64,000 nt of DNA from Rubripirellula sp. (lineage in GTDB: Bacteria; Planctomycetota; Planctomycetia; Pirellulales; Pirellulaceae). Under the pieces are notes generated by a model that worked only from the letters and a program-made list of their open reading frames with translations, searched no databases and was not told where the DNA came from. The translations under genes and the position numbers were made by a program. Position 1 is the stretch's first letter, and the number at the start of each line of letters is the position of its first letter. Shown piece after piece: positions 61,597 to 64,000 of the stretch. Where the stretch lies: the NCBI GenBank assembly GCA_051010795.1, contig JBPCVE010000273.1, positions 128-64,127 on the forward strand, in the 5' to 3' direction.

Positions 61597-62327
61597 TGCA
61601 GAGGATTTAGTGACAGTTTCACGAACACGACGACGGATGTTTCACAGCTGATCGCAATGTCCCAACAGAGCTCTCACTGCCGTGCCCCGGGTGGTTTGGG
61701 TTTGTCAACGAGTCCAGAGATCTCGCCGACGATCTCACGGAAAAGGATGCTTGAGAAAACACCGTGAGAGACCGCTACGATTTCTAGTTTCATTGAACTC
61801 ATGCCGTCAAAACATCAAGAAAGACTCACCGAACGAGGCAACCTCCACACCGAAAACTTGATGAACTGACCAAAGCTGGAAGTTGCGTCAAACTGCAATC
61901 TGCGGGAAAAAAGGTACATCAAGATTGACGTACCGCCACACACTCTCACGATACTGGCCTGCAATTCAGCATAAAAACGGCTTTATCGGGTACAATCTGA
62001 AACATGGCAAACGGCCAACCGAACGGTAAAATATCTCAGATCTTCTGCGTCTTACTTCATGGAAACCCAACCGTCCGGACCATAGAATTTGCTGACAGAA
62101 CAAGCGAACTGGTGATTTCCAAACTTATTAAATTCCACAGCCGACGAATCCAGGCCGCGGCGGCACACCTTTCCCTTACTCCGACAAACGCTAAGTCGTA
62201 TCCAACGATGCTGCTGATCCCCCGATAGCGACAGAGCTTCGCTTCGCCCCTCGTTCACGTTTCCATAGCCGACCCCCACCTTAAAATACTGGTTGGCACA
62301 TTGGGCTATGAGTGCCCCAACCCAAAC

Positions 62328-63518
62328 ATGAAATATTATCTTTTGATCCTGTTGTTAGGTTTCAGCGTTTGCAACCTTTCACCCGCGAGCGCAGCAGGTG
62401 ATGCCGCTTCCCTGAACCTTCTTGTCAAAACGCTTAACTCAAGTGACAGTCCGGAGGTCCGCACCATTTTGATGCGAGGGATGTTGAGTGGTTTGGCGGG
62501 ACGCCGCAATGTGGACCCTCCAGAAGGCTGGAAGCAACTCAGGAAAAAACTTGCATCGAGCGAGCACGCCGAAGAGCGAGCACTACTTCAACAATTGTCA
62601 CAGATTTTTGGTGACACCGAAGCAATGCAACAAGCATTGGCGACAGTTCTGGATGCCCAAGCGGAGCTAGAAGCAAGACGAACGGCCCTGCGTTCGTTGC
62701 TCGCACAGCAGAATGATCAAGTGTCGATGAAACTGGAAAGTTTGTTGGATGACCCCGCCATTTGCCTCGATGCGATTCGCGGATATGCCTCCATCGAGAA
62801 TTCCTCTGCCCCGAAAATCTTACTAAGCCGCTATAAAAAATTTGATGAACCATTGCAGCGGGCCGTCATTGAAACTCTGGCCACAAGAAAAAGTTATGCC
62901 TCTGGGTTATTGAATGCGATAGAGTCAGGCCTGATTGCCAAAAAAGACATTCCTGCTCAGGTGGCTCGCTCGCTGGACGTGCTGCTGGGCGACAGATTCA
63001 TCAAGGTTTTTGGCGAGGTTCAGGACCTATCGGCTGACCGGGCAAAGCTGATGGCGAAATACAAGGCGATGTGCAGCCCCGATGCAATGGAAAAAGCAGA
63101 TGCTTCACGTGGGCGTGCCGTATTTGCAAAAACCTGTGCATCATGTCATCTGATGTATGGTGAGGGTGGTAAAATCGGACCGGACCTGACAGGTTCGAAT
63201 CGTGCAAACCTCGACTACATCCTGCTTAACAGTGTTGATCCAAGCTATGATGTACCCGAAGGCTATAAAATGGTCTTGATTCAGACAGTTGATGGGCGAC
63301 TGCTTAACGGCGTGGTCGCCGAAGAAGATGCGCGGCGGGTCGTGCTAAAAACGGTAGAGCAACCTCAAGTCGTGATTGCGAAGGAAGATATTGAGGCAAG
63401 GAAGATATCGTCAAAATCAATGATGCCCGATGGGCAACTGGAACAGATGAAACCACAGGAAATGCTTGACCTGATCAAGTATCTCAGAACAACCGCTCAG
63501 GTGGAGATAGAAAAGTGA
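62328..63518 (+). CDS. secreted helical-repeat + c-type cytochrome protein (PVC-type heme-binding domain, TIGR02603-like)
   Basis: Signal peptide; GRAVFAKTCASCH, GGKIGPDLTG, NSVDPS, SMMPDG, DLIKYL. Confidence 0.88.
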   Translation: MKYYLLILLLGFSVCNLSPASAAGDAASLNLLVKTLNSSDSPEVRTILMRGMLSGLAGRRNVDPPEGWKQLRKKLASSEHAEERALLQQLSQIFGDTEAMQQALATVLDAQAELEARRTALRSLLAQQNDQVSMKLESLLDDPAICLDAIRGYASIENSSAPKILLSRYKKFDEPLQRAVIETLATRKSYASGLLNAIESGLIAKKDIPAQVARSLDVLLGDRFIKVFGEVQDLSADRAKLMAKYKAMCSPDAMEKADASRGRAVFAKTCASCHLMYGEGGKIGPDLTGSNRANLDYILLNSVDPSYDVPEGYKMVLIQTVDGRLLNGVVAEEDARRVVLKTVEQPQVVIAKEDIEARKISSKSMMPDGQLEQMKPQEMLDLIKYLRTTAQVEIEK

Positions 63519-64000
63519 AGCAACAACGTTTCGTCAAATTCAAGTGGTCCTGCGTGGCCCTGTGGATGTTCACAGCAACAGTGACCCATGCCACAGTGGC
63601 CCATGCTGCCGACCCCCGCAACGAATTACCCAAGAAACAGCATCGCACCAGCGATGCCCCATTTCTGACACCTGAACAAGCTGTCAAGAAAATGGCGATT
63701 CCTGAAGGTTTTGACGTTTCGATATATGCTTCGGAGCCAGACATTGCTGAGCCAATTGCGTTTTGTTTCGACGACCGTGGCCGGATGTGGGTGGCAGAAA
63801 ACTTCAATTATCGAACTCGACGGGATCACACCGACGATCCAGTCAGCCGAATTCAAATCCTTGAGGACACCAATAGCGATGGTGTCTTTGACAAAAAGAA
63901 AACGTTCACGGACACCCTTACATTCACCTCCGGTATCGCACCCGGATTTGGTGGTGTGTTTGTTGGGTCACCTCCCAACCTGACCTTCATTCCCGATGCA
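63515..64000 (+). CDS. PVC-type membrane-bound dehydrogenase domain protein (TIGR02604-like), 5' part
   Basis: Not in the ORF track. The GTG at 63515 overlaps the upstream stop (GTGA) and gives a signal peptide, then LTPEQAVKKMAIPEGFDVSIYASEPDIAEPIAFCFDDRGRMWVAEN...RIQILEDTNSDGVFDK. Confidence 0.88.
   Translation, partial: MKQQRFVKFKWSCVALWMFTATVTHATVAHAADPRNELPKKQHRTSDAPFLTPEQAVKKMAIPEGFDVSIYASEPDIAEPIAFCFDDRGRMWVAENFNYRTRRDHTDDPVSRIQILEDTNSDGVFDKKKTFTDTLTFTSGIAPGFGGVFVGSPPNLTFIPDA

Noticed and set aside
62004-62279. Short ORFs in the RND-cytochrome intergenic region
   Set aside because: No motifs, no clear ribosome-binding site, and they overlap each other on opposite strands.

Overview
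64 kb of a Planctomycetota chromosome, judged by the planctomycete-type families DUF1549/DUF1553, DUF1501, DUF1592/DUF1552 and PVC-type heme-binding proteins, and by sulfatases. No rRNA, tRNA, CRISPR array, IS or prophage was seen. In order, the window holds: (1) the 5' part of an SPFH gene that the ORF track missed; (2) a five-gene phosphonate catabolism operon (DUF5690 membrane protein, Zn-ADH, PhnZ, TIGR03364-type FAD oxidoreductase, PhnX) with no PhnW, PhnY* or ABC transporter; (3) a PhyH dioxygenase/epimerase/Gfo-Idh-MocA module followed by secreted esterases and a sulfatase; (4) ndh and mprF with a convergent rhomboid-like gene; (5) three pseudogenes (sulfatase, NCS1 permease, methyltransferase); (6) three pairs of a diheme cytochrome-like protein plus a Tat-exported DUF1501/DUF1552 protein; (7) an RND-MFP-TolC pump with CusA-like residues; (8) a cytochrome c / PVC dehydrogenase pair running off the end. 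The best leads are four. DUF5690 looks like a GlpT-type phosphonate:phosphate antiporter. It sits with enzymes that could funnel several phosphonates to phosphate. The cytochrome + Tat-enzyme module recurs three times. The window also shows many unrelated 14-28 bp tandem duplications, often next to stop codons. All family assignments come from motif recognition by eye; no searches were run.
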